Shown piece after piece: positions 41,941 through 58,852 of a stretch of 64,000 bases of DNA; within the stretch, counting starts at the first letter, position 1; the number at the start of each line of letters is the position of its first letter. Under the pieces are notes generated by a model. That model was not told the DNA's origin and did no database searches. It worked only from the letters and a program-made list of their open reading frames with translations. Source of the DNA: Podarcis pityusensis (lineage: Eukaryota); assembly GCA_964106645.2 (NCBI GenBank), contig OZ067038.1; one strand, written 5' to 3'. Both the position numbers and the translations under genes were made by a program.

Positions 41941-43282
41941 TTGTTGAAAGTTGTGATTGTGGCAACTTTTTAGGGAGGCCATAATGCTTTCTCTATGGGA
42001 AGTGCTAATGTAATTTTTTATATTCTGATTTGATTCCCTGTTGGTATTTTTCTATCTGAAGAACTAGAGGACCCTAAATCAACAAAATTATATCTTCTGA
42101 ATAAGATACTAACTGAAAAAGATAGCATTGCACAAAGGAATAGCCGTTCATTTTTTAGGATTACGGCAACAAAATTCAGCTTTAAATTTTGTTTAGCAAT
42201 TATAATGATTTATAAGAAAAAAAGAGGGAGTGGGGGTGTTTTTTGTTGAAGTCTTAACAACACAGTGCTAAAAATCAAGGGGGGAAACAGGGTGTTTTAA
42301 GAGCTGAAATCACTGTTGCCAGCAAGCCTCAAATTCCTAAGATAGTAAACAACTGAGGCAGAGTAACAATAATTAATACCTTCTGACTCCTAGGTGGAAG
42401 AACAAACTTGATTTTTGTTTGTGGTAGAAATTGGGAAACATCTTTTCTGCATGTGGGTAATTATGTCATTCTGCCTCTGCAAACTCCATATTCTCCATTC
42501 CCTCCTAGATTCACCCTTGTACTTTAACATAGCAATTTTGCCTCCTGTGCTTTCATTTCAACAGAAATGAAACCATTTAAAACAGTTAAATATTTGCCAT
42601 CCTCAGTTGTGCTGCCTTGGACTAGACTAGAGCAAAAAATCTGGAGGGCTCAGAATTAGAGAGGCTAAAAGTGAGGAGCAAAGAATTAGGGAGTGGATGA
42701 GGTGGGGGCTTTACAGGCTGCCATTTTCTTTGTTTGGTCCCAGCTGCTGCACTTGGTATATGATATAAGAATGTGTTTTGCTTTGGGGTGAATGGGTTAC
42801 ACTTGTTATCTGTGTCTTGCCTGATTCCAGCTATTATAGTTATCTTTCTTATCAGGTCACCAAAAAATGGGTCTGGGCTAAACTTGGTCTTTTCTCATTC
42901 CTTCATTTGACTAATCAAGTAAAAGTGCAAAACCTCATTTAAACTTCTTACTGACCGAGGTGCCTGTGTGAATGGACACTGCTTTTATTAAATTATACCT
43001 TTTAAGCAATCAACATATCTCCAATAGGGGCTATTTCATTATGGCTTTTCCCTGTATATTCCAGTCATTGATTGATATTGAAATTTTAAATTGTGTGTTC
43101 CTTGTCCTGAGACCTGAGAATTGAACTGAATGTAAATATAATAGGAACTGTGTTACCACATCTTTAGAGCACTTGTATCGTTTGACATTTATTAGAATTC
43201 TGCTTGTAAATGATGTATTCTTTGTTACAGAGGAAATACCATTGTTTGTGTATAGTCAGAGATAAGAAAATAAGTGTTAATC

Positions 43283-43339
43283 ATGGCTGAGCTGTCGCCT
43301 GATGAAATTCAACTGAGAGCCCATCAAGTTACAGATGAG
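43283..43339 (+). CDS. SNAP23: SNAP23 coding exon 1 ([19 protein letters not shown])
   Basis: atcATGg start, donor GAG|GTAATT. Confidence 0.95.
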
Positions 43340-46300
43340 GTAATTATATTAGATTATTCTCTTTCTCCTGTGCTTGTGTAGTGGAAAGCAGACCTCACAT
43401 TAAAGAAAGCTATTTAGGATGCACAAAGCCCTATCATAGTAAATGAGATTTGCTGTCCAAAATGGTTTCTGTACCACTGAAGAAAAAACCTCTCTCAATA
43501 CGTCAAGCTTTTAATTTAGAAAACAAAAATACTCTTTTCAGAATATTGCTATTTGAAATGAACAATATAACCTAGTAGGATCTATTTAGATTCAGGAATA
43601 TAACATCATGCTCAGTTACATGAAACTCTGTATATAGTGTGATTACTAAATGTCTTTATAAGTCCATATGGCTGAAGATAAATCTCTTTTTTGTTTTAGT
43701 CTTTGGAAAGCACAAGGAGAATTCTTGGCCTGGCCATTGAGGTAAGGAAAAGCTTTTGCGGGAGTGAGGGATGAGGAAGAACAAATCAAATTGTTTGAGA
43801 GCAGTTCATTCCTGCAGTTCTGTTCCCAGCTGTTGCTATTTTTAAAGCATGTGGGTGCCATTATGAGGCATGTGTAGATGATGACTATGGGTGGAACAGC
43901 TTTGAACTTTAAATATTTGCATTGCTGCTGTATTTAGGGTTCAAATTCAAATAAATTAGCTGTCAGGTACTTGCAACTGAATTGCTCATCTTCTGCAAGA
44001 TTCTGAACATACTTTTACAAAAAATGGACTTCCTTGAGGTTTACATGGTACTAATGCAAATAGTGTACTCTTCACTAGAAACTCTGTAGAATGGCCTGTT
44101 GTAGTACAAACATGTGTCCAATTCTAGCATTAGATTTTGCTGGTTTTGTATCTCCTATCATTTTTTTTCTTCCTTACAGTCCCAAGATACAGGAATCAAA
44201 ACCCTCACCATGCTAGATGAACAAGGGGGTGAGTTGTGCATGTGTAATAATAGATAGATAGATAGATAGATAGAGCGAGTGATGGCTCTTACATTGACTT
44301 GCTCAATACGATCTTTGTTGGTTTCAGCCTGGAATACAAAACATAGCGTAAGACTGCTACTAAACTAGAAAGATGGAAAAAAGCTGTTTATATCATGTTG
44401 TGAATCAACCATTTCTTCAAGAGCTGGATTAGAATAAGTTTGTTTGGTAGTATTATGGCTCGGGTTATCTAAAATATATTGCGTGCAGCATGCAGTATTT
44501 TTTTACTTCAGTTTTGAGACCTGAGGCACATGAATATTGTTTGTTTGTTTGTTTGTTTACCCGCCCTTCAACTTAAGATCCCGGGATGAGTTGCAACCTT
44601 AAAACACAACATTAAAAACAGTTTAAAACAAATTACAATAATAAAAAATAAGGTGCGTTCTAAAACTATGCACCTCAAGTGTCAAAAGCCAGGGTAAACA
44701 GGTGTGTCTTCAGCATCCTCCGGAAGCTGTATAATGAAGGTGCCAGATGCACCTCTGGGGAGGAAGTTCCACAGCTTAGGGGCCTCCACAGAGAATGCCC
44801 TCTCTTGCTCCCCCACCCCAAACCTCTGAGGGTGAAGGAACTACCGAGAGGGCCCCCTCTGCTGAACCCAGGATCCGAGAGTGTCTGTAGGGAAGAAGGC
44901 GGTCTTTCAGATATTTGGGGCCTGAGTCCACCCAGGTGTGGATACTAGTGTGATTCACTTGCATATTATTGGTATTCAAAAAAGTTTCTCTTGCAACTCC
45001 AAAATTACTTTTTAATGCATTTCCTCGGGTTTTTTCTTTTTTTTTTAAAGAAGCATTTTGAACACAAACCATTAAAGTTCTCATCTGAAGATCAAGCATC
45101 TTGTAGCATTTAAGTTCTCTAAAATTCCTTTTTCTTTATACTTTTCTTAGAACAGTTAACCCGTATAGAAGAAGGAATGGACCAGATAAACAAAGACATG
45201 AGAGAAGCTGAGAAGAACTTGACAGAGCTCAACAAGTGTTGTGGTCTCTGTGTCTGTCCTTGCAATAGGTCAGTTAAAGGCAGGTTGATGAATTCCAAAA
45301 TTCAAGGGGAAAAATTGAGGCCATTGAGAAATGCTCAGAATATCAAGATTGGGAGTTTTTTTTAACTGGTGTGCTTTAGACTATTTTCCCAAGTTTAAGT
45401 GGAAGTTCTAAATTTTTAAGTAGTACAAATTCCTTGAACCTGATTATGTGTAAGGGCAAAAGAAAAGGTAACAATAAACGCTTGGATGACCTTAGTTACC
45501 ACTATTGAATGTTTTGCGTATATATTGCTCAGTGCCAGTATTGTTTGTTACTGTTAAAATAATACCTGGTTGGTATGGTTAAGGTACAGATTTCACACAA
45601 ACACAGAGTAGGTTGACTAGAAGCAAGGAATATTTGGAAATGCTTTGAGAGCTTGGCAGGCAGGCGTATGATATACATTCTAAATACCTGTTTTCTTCTT
45701 CCTTTTGCTATCACATTCTAACTCCTTTTTCCTGGAGAGTGCTTAGCTTGTTTGAGGGCTTTTGTGATAGTTCTAAATATTCTTATTTTGATGTATGTAT
45801 ATTTGAGAGATCTTTATGGAATCTATTTCAGTTTGCTTAAGTAGAGGAAGAGGGACAATATAACCTTCTTCTAGTAATTTTGGGATGGTCTGGCCTTAAC
45901 ACAAGTAGTGAATACAGCACTCACAGAATTAAGTTTCAGTACTAACCCCACTTACATGGAAGTGACCCCCATTGAATTTAGTAGGATCTTCTTCTGAGTA
46001 GACGAGGGTTGCAGTCTTAATCGTTTTTTCCTTTTCCCTGTGTTAGGGTTAAGCTGCTTCCCCCCCTAAACACAAACGTAATCTCAGCTGTACTTTTGAA
46101 ATAGTTTGTTTGCTAACAACTATTTATCTGTTTGCTGGTCTTACTGCTCACTCTTTTCTCATTCTCTCTCCTAACCACCCACTTTTCCTTGCTTAATAAA
46201 ATGAAGATTTAGCAGCAGAGGTTGGATTCGCTTAACTGGTCAAAGTGGACTTTAGAAAAAGGTCAATCTTATGAAGCAGCCTGTACTGTTAACCAGCTGC

Positions 46301-49300
46301 CTGAAGGTGATGTTCTAACTGGGTGCATATATGCATGTGCATGCTGTCTTAACACGCAAGCTATTTTGTGATGGTCCGTAGTTGTGTTTGTATCTGTGCT
46401 ATGTTGCTTATAGATTGTGTTTAAACTATTTGGTCTGGCCTCATAAACCTGAAATAGTCTTCTAGGATGATACTGTTGGATTTTGGATTTTGTTTTGGGG
46501 AAAATGGAGGATTGTATACAGTGGGGAAAATGTTGGAGGAATATTGTGAAATGACACTAAAAGCTAACAGTGGGGGTTTTCTAGTCACCGTTAGCTCACT
46601 GCATTTGTTTTTAGAAATTATTTCCCATATATCTATACCAGGGACGGGGAACCTATAGCTCTCCAGATATTGTTGGACTCCAGTTCCTATCATGCTTGAG
46701 TGCTGACTGAGACTCATGGGAGTTGGGAGTCCAAGAACATCTGGAGGACCACAGGTTCCCAATCCCTCATGTAGTCTATTCCGTGAATCATGATCTTACA
46801 TACAACTTGTTAAAAACTCTAGTGATGATTTGAATTTGGTCATACAATATTAGAATTCTGAACTACTGATACTCTATTCATCTGTTCCAAAAATATAATG
46901 CTGGGAGATTGTACATTATTTCTTCTTAAACACGCATTGTAGTCCTATATCTTAGACTGTAATTTGGTTGATTTTCTTTAACATAGCAGCCATTAGTAGC
47001 AACAAGGAGGCTGAGGAGTAAGAAAACAGTTCGGATACCAAAGCAGTTCAAGATTTAAATATAACATACAAACTTTAGAAAAATAAAATGGTTGTGTTTA
47101 TTTTTGTATAAGGTTGCTTCCAGTGTGAAGTTATATGTCTTAAATTCACTTGCTATATGACATTTTTGGTGCACACACAAAGCTCAGTGCAAATGTAAAG
47201 AATGTGTATTTGAAAACATGAACACACATCAGGAAGTCAGGATTGGTTGGGTCTCGCTATGGCATTTTCTGTGGCAAACCTGGGGCTATTACTCTGTCAT
47301 GTATGAAACCGTCCTTTCTATTACTAGTTATATTGCACATTAGGTTTGTTAAAACTTTGTATCTTTGATCTAATAATGTGCGTTCTGACTTTTCTTGTAG
47401 AACAAAGAATTTTGAGACTAGCAGAGCTTACAAGACAACATGGGGTGATGGTATAGAGAATGATCGTGTAGTGTCTAAACAACCAGGGCGTGTTGCAAAC
47501 AATCTGCAACAAAATTCGGGAGGAACAGGATCTGGAGGCTACATAAAACGGTAAGATACTTCCCCTGCCCACTCCTGAATATTTATAGGACTAAATGCTT
47601 TTCTCTGCAATAGTAGTGACTGCATTTTGTAAGCTTAAGGACAAACCTTTTGGCCTGGTCCACACAATCAAATTTTTGCTTCATTAGCCAGGATATACAT
47701 AAGCTCCATGCAGTTGCACACAGCTGCCGTGCTCCCGATTCACTTTTCCCTTTGTGTGAGTGGGGGAAACAAGCCAAGAAGCCATAGTTAACCACAGCAT
47801 CTCATTACTTTTGAAGCAGGAACCAAGGTTAATGAATTCCAAACAATTCAGAATATGAAGTCATGTTTTAAAGCTGACTTGTGAATCCTGGCTTGACTGG
47901 AAGCCATTAATCACCCAATTTATAACTAGAAGCTGTGGTTAACTACCATTTCTGGAATCTTTTCTACTTTGCACCAAGGGGCTTTCCACAGGTTTACAGA
48001 GCTTCTGATTTGATCATTCAAACATGGCTATTCTGTGTAATTCATGAGATCATTCTCAGACACTTCTAGTAGATCTATAGTGTCTCTAGGTGATTATATC
48101 ACTTTCTGATTCAATTTTTCAAACAAACTTGCGTAGAAACCTCCATGGCAGAAAATACTTCTGAAAACTTGGGATGCGATAACATTCGGGAGACAGGAAC
48201 TTGGGATTTCTCAATGTTGGTTTCCCTTGATACTTTCAACAGGATAACAAATGATGACAGAGAAGATGAAATGGAAGAAAACCTAACTCAAGTTGGAAAC
48301 ATATTGGGGAACCTGAAAAATATGGCCGTGGAGATGGGCAACACAATTGATACACAAAACCAGCAGATAGATCAGATAAACATTAAGGTAAGAAACAAAG
48401 AATTCAACTATTGATGTCTTAATGTTGGTAAATCTAGTGTCCAGGTGGACAAGTTAATAAGTCTTCAAGGCCACAGTGCTAAGCTGTAGCCAGATACACT
48501 GTGTACTTTTGTTATATTTGTTGTTGTTTTAGTTTTCTACACACCACTTAAATATATTTTTATATATTGTGATAGAGAAGTGGTCTAAACAAAAACACAT
48601 TCCAATTTAGCAACAGGCTATAGCCATTTAGCATGCATGAGTTAATATCCTTGTACCCAGATGATGGGTCCTGCAGCTAGATAGGATTAAACCTGATCTC
48701 ATGGCAAACTCTCCTGGTTGTGGTCCTTACATATAGAAACAGTGATTATCTCAGAATTCTTGTCCCACTGTTCTGGATTCTTTTGTAGCACTCGGTGTAG
48801 AAAATTATGATAAACATTATATTGATAGGCTGAGATATAATATTCCACATGCCTTAGATTTTTAATCCCAATGTTAAGCAGCAACAAAAATAAGACAACT
48901 GAAAGCAAGGTACATTTTCGAGAAATCATGGAAAGGAACCTCTGTTCAACTCTGTGCTTGAATTGTTTTGGTTTGTTTTTTTACCAGTTTTTACATTAAT
49001 GAGAGATAAATGCACAAATCAGAGCTACCATAGTTATTTAGGAACATGATATAAGACCTGGAAAACCTTGATACAGATCTCCTGAGTTATGAATACAATT
49101 AAGTGACTGTGGTTTACACAAAAGAATACAGCACTATTTCCCTGCCTTGGCTTCTCCCATGCTCCCAGTAATAGGGGTGTGAGAATACTGGCCTACTTTA
49201 CTTAGCTGAAGATTGCTCTTTGTTATATATGTGTGCTACATATTTCCTAATAATTTGATTATATCACAATTACTGCCACTAAACAGTTAACTGAATAGGA

Positions 49301-49919
49301 AGGTTTAGCTGCTTTTGGAAAACACTCTGGCGTAGTTTGGGTTGGACTTCCTTGAAGCAGGGTGTGCCAAATATGGAGAGTGGTCCCAAGATTGTCTCCC
49401 ATCATGGTTTTGCTGTTCTTAACATACAACAGATCATGGAGAAGGAAGTTGGCTCAGATACGTAAGGCCCAACCCCTTTAGGTCTTCGCATTGATGAAAA
49501 TGAGTACATTGAATTTTGCTCTTCTAGAACACTTCTAGAAGCCAGCTTAAATCCTAAACTGCTGGTGTAATAGTCAGCCAGTGGCCAGTACACCCAGGAT
49601 CCAAAGCATTTCTTCCAGTACTTTAAGCATATCTTCATTGGTAGGTGGTATTTGCTCTAAATTCTGAATGAGTTGCAGGAGTGAAAGGCTTTTCTGCTCA
49701 GATGGCTTCAAGCACCACTTAACTACTGACTCACCATAATATCAATCTTATTCTGAGCCAGCTCCTGAAGAATTGGTTGAATCACAGTATGATATAGTTT
49801 GTTTTCATCTTTCTAGTTTAGTTAGCAGTCTTATGCTATATTTTGTATTCCAGGCTGAAACCAACAAAGATCGTATTGAGCAAGCCAATGTAAGAGCCAA
49901 AAAACTAATTGAAAATTAG
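43283..49919 (+). CDS. SNAP23: Synaptosomal-associated protein 23 (Qbc-SNARE), complete, 208 aa
   Basis: Exons 43283-43339, 43700-43741, 44180-44228, 45151-45268, 47401-47550, 48243-48387, 49854-49919 = 627 nt; [33 protein letters not shown]..., five-cysteine cluster [10 protein letters not shown] typical of SNAP23, ends RAKKLIEN*; synteny. Confidence 0.97.
43700..43741 (+). CDS. SNAP23: SNAP23 coding exon 2 ([14 protein letters not shown])
   Basis: AG/GT, 42 nt. Confidence 0.95.
44180..44228 (+). CDS. SNAP23: SNAP23 coding exon 3 ([16 protein letters not shown])
   Basis: AG/GT, 49 nt. Confidence 0.95.
44250..44273. repeat. (GATA)n microsatellite 22 nt into a SNAP23 intron
   Basis: Direct reading. 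Confidence 0.9.
44537..44935 (-). mobile_element. Degenerate L2 3' fragment (others near 6110-6360, 31410-31590, 34130-34340)
   Basis: Similarity to the 3' part of the 62.5-63.9 kb L2; microsatellite tail. Confidence 0.6.
45151..45268 (+). CDS. SNAP23: SNAP23 coding exon 4 (end of SNARE helix 1 and palmitoylated cysteine cluster)
   Basis: AG/GT, 118 nt, [10 protein letters not shown]. Confidence 0.96.
46207..46238 (+). other. SNAP23: Candidate SNAP23 alternative microexon (32 nt as assembled)
   Basis: CTAAC branch-like motif at 46171, pyrimidine-rich upstream, AAG acceptor, CTG|GTCAAA donor, tandem TGCATG at 46332-46343. Confidence 0.5.
47401..47550 (+). CDS. SNAP23: SNAP23 coding exon 5 (linker [17 protein letters not shown]...GGYIKR)
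   Basis: AG/GT, 150 nt. Confidence 0.95.
48243..48387 (+). CDS. SNAP23: SNAP23 coding exon 6 ([14 protein letters not shown]..., SNARE helix 2)
   Basis: Within ORF 48145..48414; AG/GT. Confidence 0.96.
49854..49919 (+). CDS. SNAP23: SNAP23 last coding exon ([21 protein letters not shown])
   Basis: TTCCAG acceptor, TAG at 49917-49919. Confidence 0.95.
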   Translation, partial: AETNKDRIEQANVRAKKLIEN

Positions 49920-52900
49920 CAGCCTGCTTCCAATTCTTTATCCAACTGAAGACGTCCATTTTAGTCTACAAACCTCAATTTCCAAAGAAGAAAGATGGCA
50001 GGATTCAGAAGAGGGGACAAAGCAGGACATGCATCATATGGCTTCTTTTGTTGCTTGTATACAGACTCGGTTTGAGAATCCAGGAAAATAGCACAACAGA
50101 GACTTGGCTTTCTTACTCTTTTTAATATATCCTCAGGGTTTCGTTTTCTGGCTTCAAATATTTCCATGGGTACCTTCTCCCCCTTTTGCAGTAAGATGTG
50201 TGAGTGTGAGGCAACTGAGCAAAGGCAGAAGAGGATGCATTCAGTGAATGTCATTACCTCACTCAATATTTCATGTCATCACTAAAACGGTGGATGAGTA
50301 ATTTTCATGAACTTTGTCTTAAAGCTGACCTTAGTTTACAAAACACATAGATTTCATGGTCAAACCATACATGATGGGGGGGGTGCATTTTATATTCTTA
50401 TAATTGGAATATGTGGTTCAGCAACTACTACTTTTGAGAATGGGGCTTTAAAACACATCATTGTTGGCATTCAAGATATATATATATATAGGAGAGAAGT
50501 ACATTTTCTGAGCCATAGCAATTCTCATTTGGATAACAAGGGGATGAGTAGTCCAGCTACACACAAAAACCCCTGTATAGTTGGACATGGGACTCTCACA
50601 AAACTTTTAGGAGTTTATCCCCCATTTTATTTCGGAAGAACTGGGTGTTTGTCACCAATCCTACTAGTTATTGCTCTACCCAGACATACTTTCTGGTGGC
50701 CAAAGGACCTAGGAGAGGTGAAAGGGCTTACACAGCACCTAATGATCAACTCAGGATTCCAAGCAAAACACTTCCAGGTGAAGAGCTCTGTTGCAGATTA
50801 TTGTATGAGTTGTCAGAAAACATCTTTTCCTTTTCTTGGTAAATGCTGCATATTTGGATGCTGGTACTGCTGAAAAGAGATTTTGATCTGCAAAATGTTC
50901 CATCAAAAAGCAACGTTTGGAAAGTTACACAGAGCTTAAGGTTGAGTGAAAACTATTTTGTAATGCTGTTTCCTAAATAAATTCATCCTTCCCTACACAA
51001 ACTATGAATCTAGTTGTGTACCAAAAAGTCAACATCTGGAGACCAGCATCTTGAGATATTTATTCGGAGCAAAACACTTACAGGATTTCTAGAGATACAT
51101 CCAAAGCAGGGCACAATCTAGTTTCCAATGAGAACAAAAGCTATGTTTGTTACAGTGAGTTCGCATCTGCTGTGGCTTGATAAAACTCCATTCTTTAAAT
51201 TGTTTTGAATTGACTACAGTTGTGTGCTCACTTGGTTTTCTTCAGCAACTCATTACAAAATAGTTGTCTCGTCTTTTAGTTGGAACCATATGCGTATTCA
51301 AGCTTCAAACCTGTACTGAAATACAGTATGTGAAAGACTGAAGTCAGTATTGAAACATAGCTTTGCTGCTTCTATCTTTCTTATCATGAGACTGAACTTG
51401 TGTTTATTTTACAAACTTTAAAGTTGTGGCTTGGCTGTAGGTTATGCCTGCTCTACAAATTGTGATCCCTCAAGCTTGAATGTACACCATCAACTATGTG
51501 TTGTGCCTTGCTAGGCCCTTGTGAACTAAGCCTTTTATGTAATCCTGAAGCAGGTAGCAAAGCTTGGAGCCCATGAGGAACTGCCATTCATGGCTTCTAG
51601 ACTACATTTAATTTGATGGGTTGCAAGTTGTGCAGGCCTTCTGTAGTGAGTACTTAGCATATAACCTTCAGTTCATTTCTGTTTCAGGATGAAGGTGCTT
51701 GATTTAGCTTTCTTATAGGACTGGTTCAATGAAAAATGTTACAATTCCAAGGATTCTCAAGAAAGTTTTAGTTCACTCTTCTAATTAAGAGTTCACCAAA
51801 CAGCATTGGAATCATTTTGTTTTCTAAAGAGATATGGATTTAGTGCTTTGTGCTGCTATATGTTTAAACTGAGTATTTTTTATCATATGTAAAAATTATA
51901 AACTGATCATAATTTGAGGGTAGAGCGTAGTTCGCAACCCTTCCATAGAAGAAAAAAAATAGTTCATGTAGACGGTTTCTGAGTGCTTTTTCTTTCTAAA
52001 AAGACTGCCCAGTAAATAGCAGTGCCTTGTGGTGGTTGCTGCAGTAGTCTTTTAAGTCTTCCCAGACAAGAGCTTAAAACAAATTGGCTCATTGTATTGT
52101 CACTTCCCATAGATGACAAGAGGATACCTCATTTTTCTGCCACTCTGCATATCAATTCCAACTGAGCCATAATTTTTTTATAATAAGACAAAGCTCAGTC
52201 TCCCATGTAACCTTCTGTCAATAAGGGCGAGGTGGTAATTCTAGCTGTGTAGGGTAGAAACTGCGCACATCACTGTCGGTTTGTTTACTTGTATTAGTAA
52301 TAGTGAAACATACAATCCTCAAAGCTGGAAATGGCAGTTCGCACACTAAACCTTACTAGTCTATGGAAATAAAACAGTGAACGTTCAAGTGCTATAATAA
52401 CTGTTACTGTTAATTTCAGATTTACCAGGCTACCATCACAGATGAAGTAAAAATGTGGCTGTCTAATGCACATGTGTTCACTAACCTCTGTGGAAACTCT
52501 ACAGCAGTGTGAAAAAGTACTTGGATGTGGATAGCATAATTTATTGTGTTATAATTCTTAAATAGCTTTTAACTGCATAGTGCTCTACATCAAACTATAC
52601 CTTATTTTCTGCTTTCTAGATTGCCCATTTTAAGCTGTAATTAAGCGAATGCCTCAGGTTTCTACTTGCTGGACTGAATAAATTAACTTATGGTTGCCTG
52701 CATTGCCTGTCTCCTTCAAAAACACATGTAATGCTAACTAGCATTGAAAATCGAACTTGGTACTACCTTGTTGCCTACTTTAGAGAGAATAAGCTACATG
52801 TGATTTTCTCATCTGAGAACTCATCAAAACTGACTTCCACTGAATGCTTTTTTGCTGCTGTTGTGGCAACCGTTTCTAAAAACAACCTATATTTTATGTG

Positions 52901-53678
52901 GCAGAAGAGGAAGTATAGATGCTTTCAAGTATTAGGAGAAACTCAAGCCTCAGATATTCTCCTTTCCATATATTTGTGTCGTAGCATAACCCCTGAAGTT
53001 TGTCAAGTTTCTGAGGAATTTCTAAGAATTTAGTGTCACACTGGCTGTGTACAATTCTTTAGTTTTGTGGGGGTGGCTTAATCTTGCCAGAACTCTCCCA
53101 AGTAGCTGTTCTTCCCAAAATGGAACAGTTGATCCATATAGTCTTGTTTAGTAAAATCTTTTCTCCTGCATACTTGTTTGATCCCTACTCCTCACTGGCT
53201 AGTAGAAGATAAACATGGTGGGGGAAGGGGGAGAATATACGCTTAATGTGCATAAAGGTTCTCAAATCAGGTTTTCTTAGCATTGCATAATAAGGGTGAG
53301 TGGTAAGGTACCTGATAAGGTTAGCCTTAACAAATACATCTGCCCAACTTTGCACTCAAATTTTGGTACATATGATAAGAGCACTCATCATCTGATTTTG
53401 CAGTCATTTTATATCACTTTCTAGATCTTTACAACAACTATGTGAAGTAGGTTAGCCGAGAGTTAGTGACTGACCCAAGGTAGGAAACAAAAACAATCAG
53501 TGAAGTGAGCTTAACATGTGAAACAGCACATTCTCAGAGTACTTTTGCAACACCACTTGGGTTTTCAAATGGCAACTTCCAAGTCACACGCATCTCCCTG
53601 AAATTTAGACTCAACAGATGTGTTTTTTGTACTACAGGGAACTGTATATGCAAGAACTGGGGATGGGAGGCAAGAGTA

Positions 53679-53876
53679 CAGTCATACCTTGGGTTGCAAA
53701 CATGATCTGTGCGGGAGGCACATTCGCAACCTGCAGCGCTGCGTCTGCGCACATGCATGATGTCATTTTGCGCTTCTGCGCATGCGTGAGCAACGAAACC
53801 TGGAAGTAACCCATTCCGGTACTTCCGGGTTCGGTACGGTCCGCAACCCAAAAACGCATAACCCAAGGTATGACTG
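53679..53876. mobile_element. Tigger-like MITE, CpG-rich
   Basis: TIR CAGTCATACCTTGGGTT, TA TSD. Confidence 0.85.
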
Positions 53877-53896
53877 TATATGGGTATAAGTATGAC

Positions 53897-53955
53897 TTAA
53901 AGACTTAACTCCTTCCCCAGCTATTAAAGACTTAACTCCTTCCCCAGCTATTAAA
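53897..53955. repeat. 27-bp tandem duplication
   Basis: TTAAAGACTTAACTCCTTCCCCAGCTA x2 plus TTAAA. Confidence 0.9.
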
Positions 53956-55111
53956 TCCAAGTTACAAAAAAAAAAAAGACTATATGTTGTTCCTTCAATC
54001 ACACCCAAAGCAGCCACCAGTAGCGACAGGCATGCATATTGATCTTCACAGCCACACACTATATAGAAAGATAAATTATACTGTACTGCTTTTTTTCCTA
54101 GGTATTTTATTTTAAATAGTTTATAAGGAGCAATGTATTTTACAGGAACAATTTTAGCTGTGCATATTTATTCTTTACTATTCAGATTACATGATGTGAA
54201 TTTATATATTAACTGAAGTTTGTCAAAAGGTGCCAAAAAGCTTAAGACAGTTGTGGATGCAATATCTTTTTAATAAAAATATACAAGTTATTCAATAAAG
54301 TTGCATATCTTAGGTCCTCCTGGGTGCTTTGTATAAGGCAGTAATAAGGTGATCATCCCCTTTAAGCAGTTGAGTTTGCTCCTGCCATGAACACAGAGTG
54401 CAAAGATGTCAGCTCCCTCCCCCCTCAAATACAGTGTAGACATTATGAACCTGTATTTCATTCGTTTAGCATGCTCAGGTGAACTAGAGGGCATTACACC
54501 ATCAAATGGAAGACAAGCCATTCAAGGGGAGGTGAGCATGAGATGAAGCTAGGACAACTATTTTTGATTAGACATATTGAGCTACTATCAGCCCAATTAC
54601 TTGTGCTTTCAAATGTACATGATTTTTATTTATTTTTAAAAAATATCAGTCTCCTCTACACTAAAACATTTAATGCAAAGAGATGACTTTGCATTCTAGA
54701 GTTAATCCTGTTACAGAACCTCAGTGTACTCCTTGGCAAATGTTCCCCTTAGTGTTATCTCCATGTACTCCGTACTTTATATAAGGCTGCCAACATCTGT
54801 CATAAAACCTCTGCAGCCCAAGTGAGTTCTACAACATTTTTCTTCTTACAACATAATGATCCCTGAAGATGGAGAATCACATAAGCAGAAGTGCCTTGTT
54901 AGCTGCAAAGGTGGAAAGCGTAACGTACAAGATAATTTCACCAATTCCTGGTTTCACTTTGTGGCCTTAAAAACAACATATTCAACCAGGTCAAAGTTCT
55001 CTTGCAGTTAAAGCCTTGAATTTCCTTCTCCTGAAAAGACTTAGCAGCATATAAGCTATGTGCATCACACCTCTTGTCTCTCCTTCATGAAATAAGACCG
55101 GTCGCAATCCA

Positions 55112-58852
<3,741 letters not shown>

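Noticed and set aside
46047-46077. 31-nt AG...GT segment upstream of the candidate microexon
   Set aside because: Good acceptor but weak donor (AAC|GTAATC); frameshifts alone and gives an immediate TAG when joined to 46207. Kept only as something to check in RNA-seq.
46820-46875. C/D-box-like GTGATGA...CTGA in a SNAP23 intron
   Set aside because: Too short, no convincing terminal stem or recognisable rRNA guide.
50307-50873. 188-aa ORF downstream of the SNAP23 stop
   Set aside because: Located in the presumed 3' UTR, no recognisable motif or splice context.
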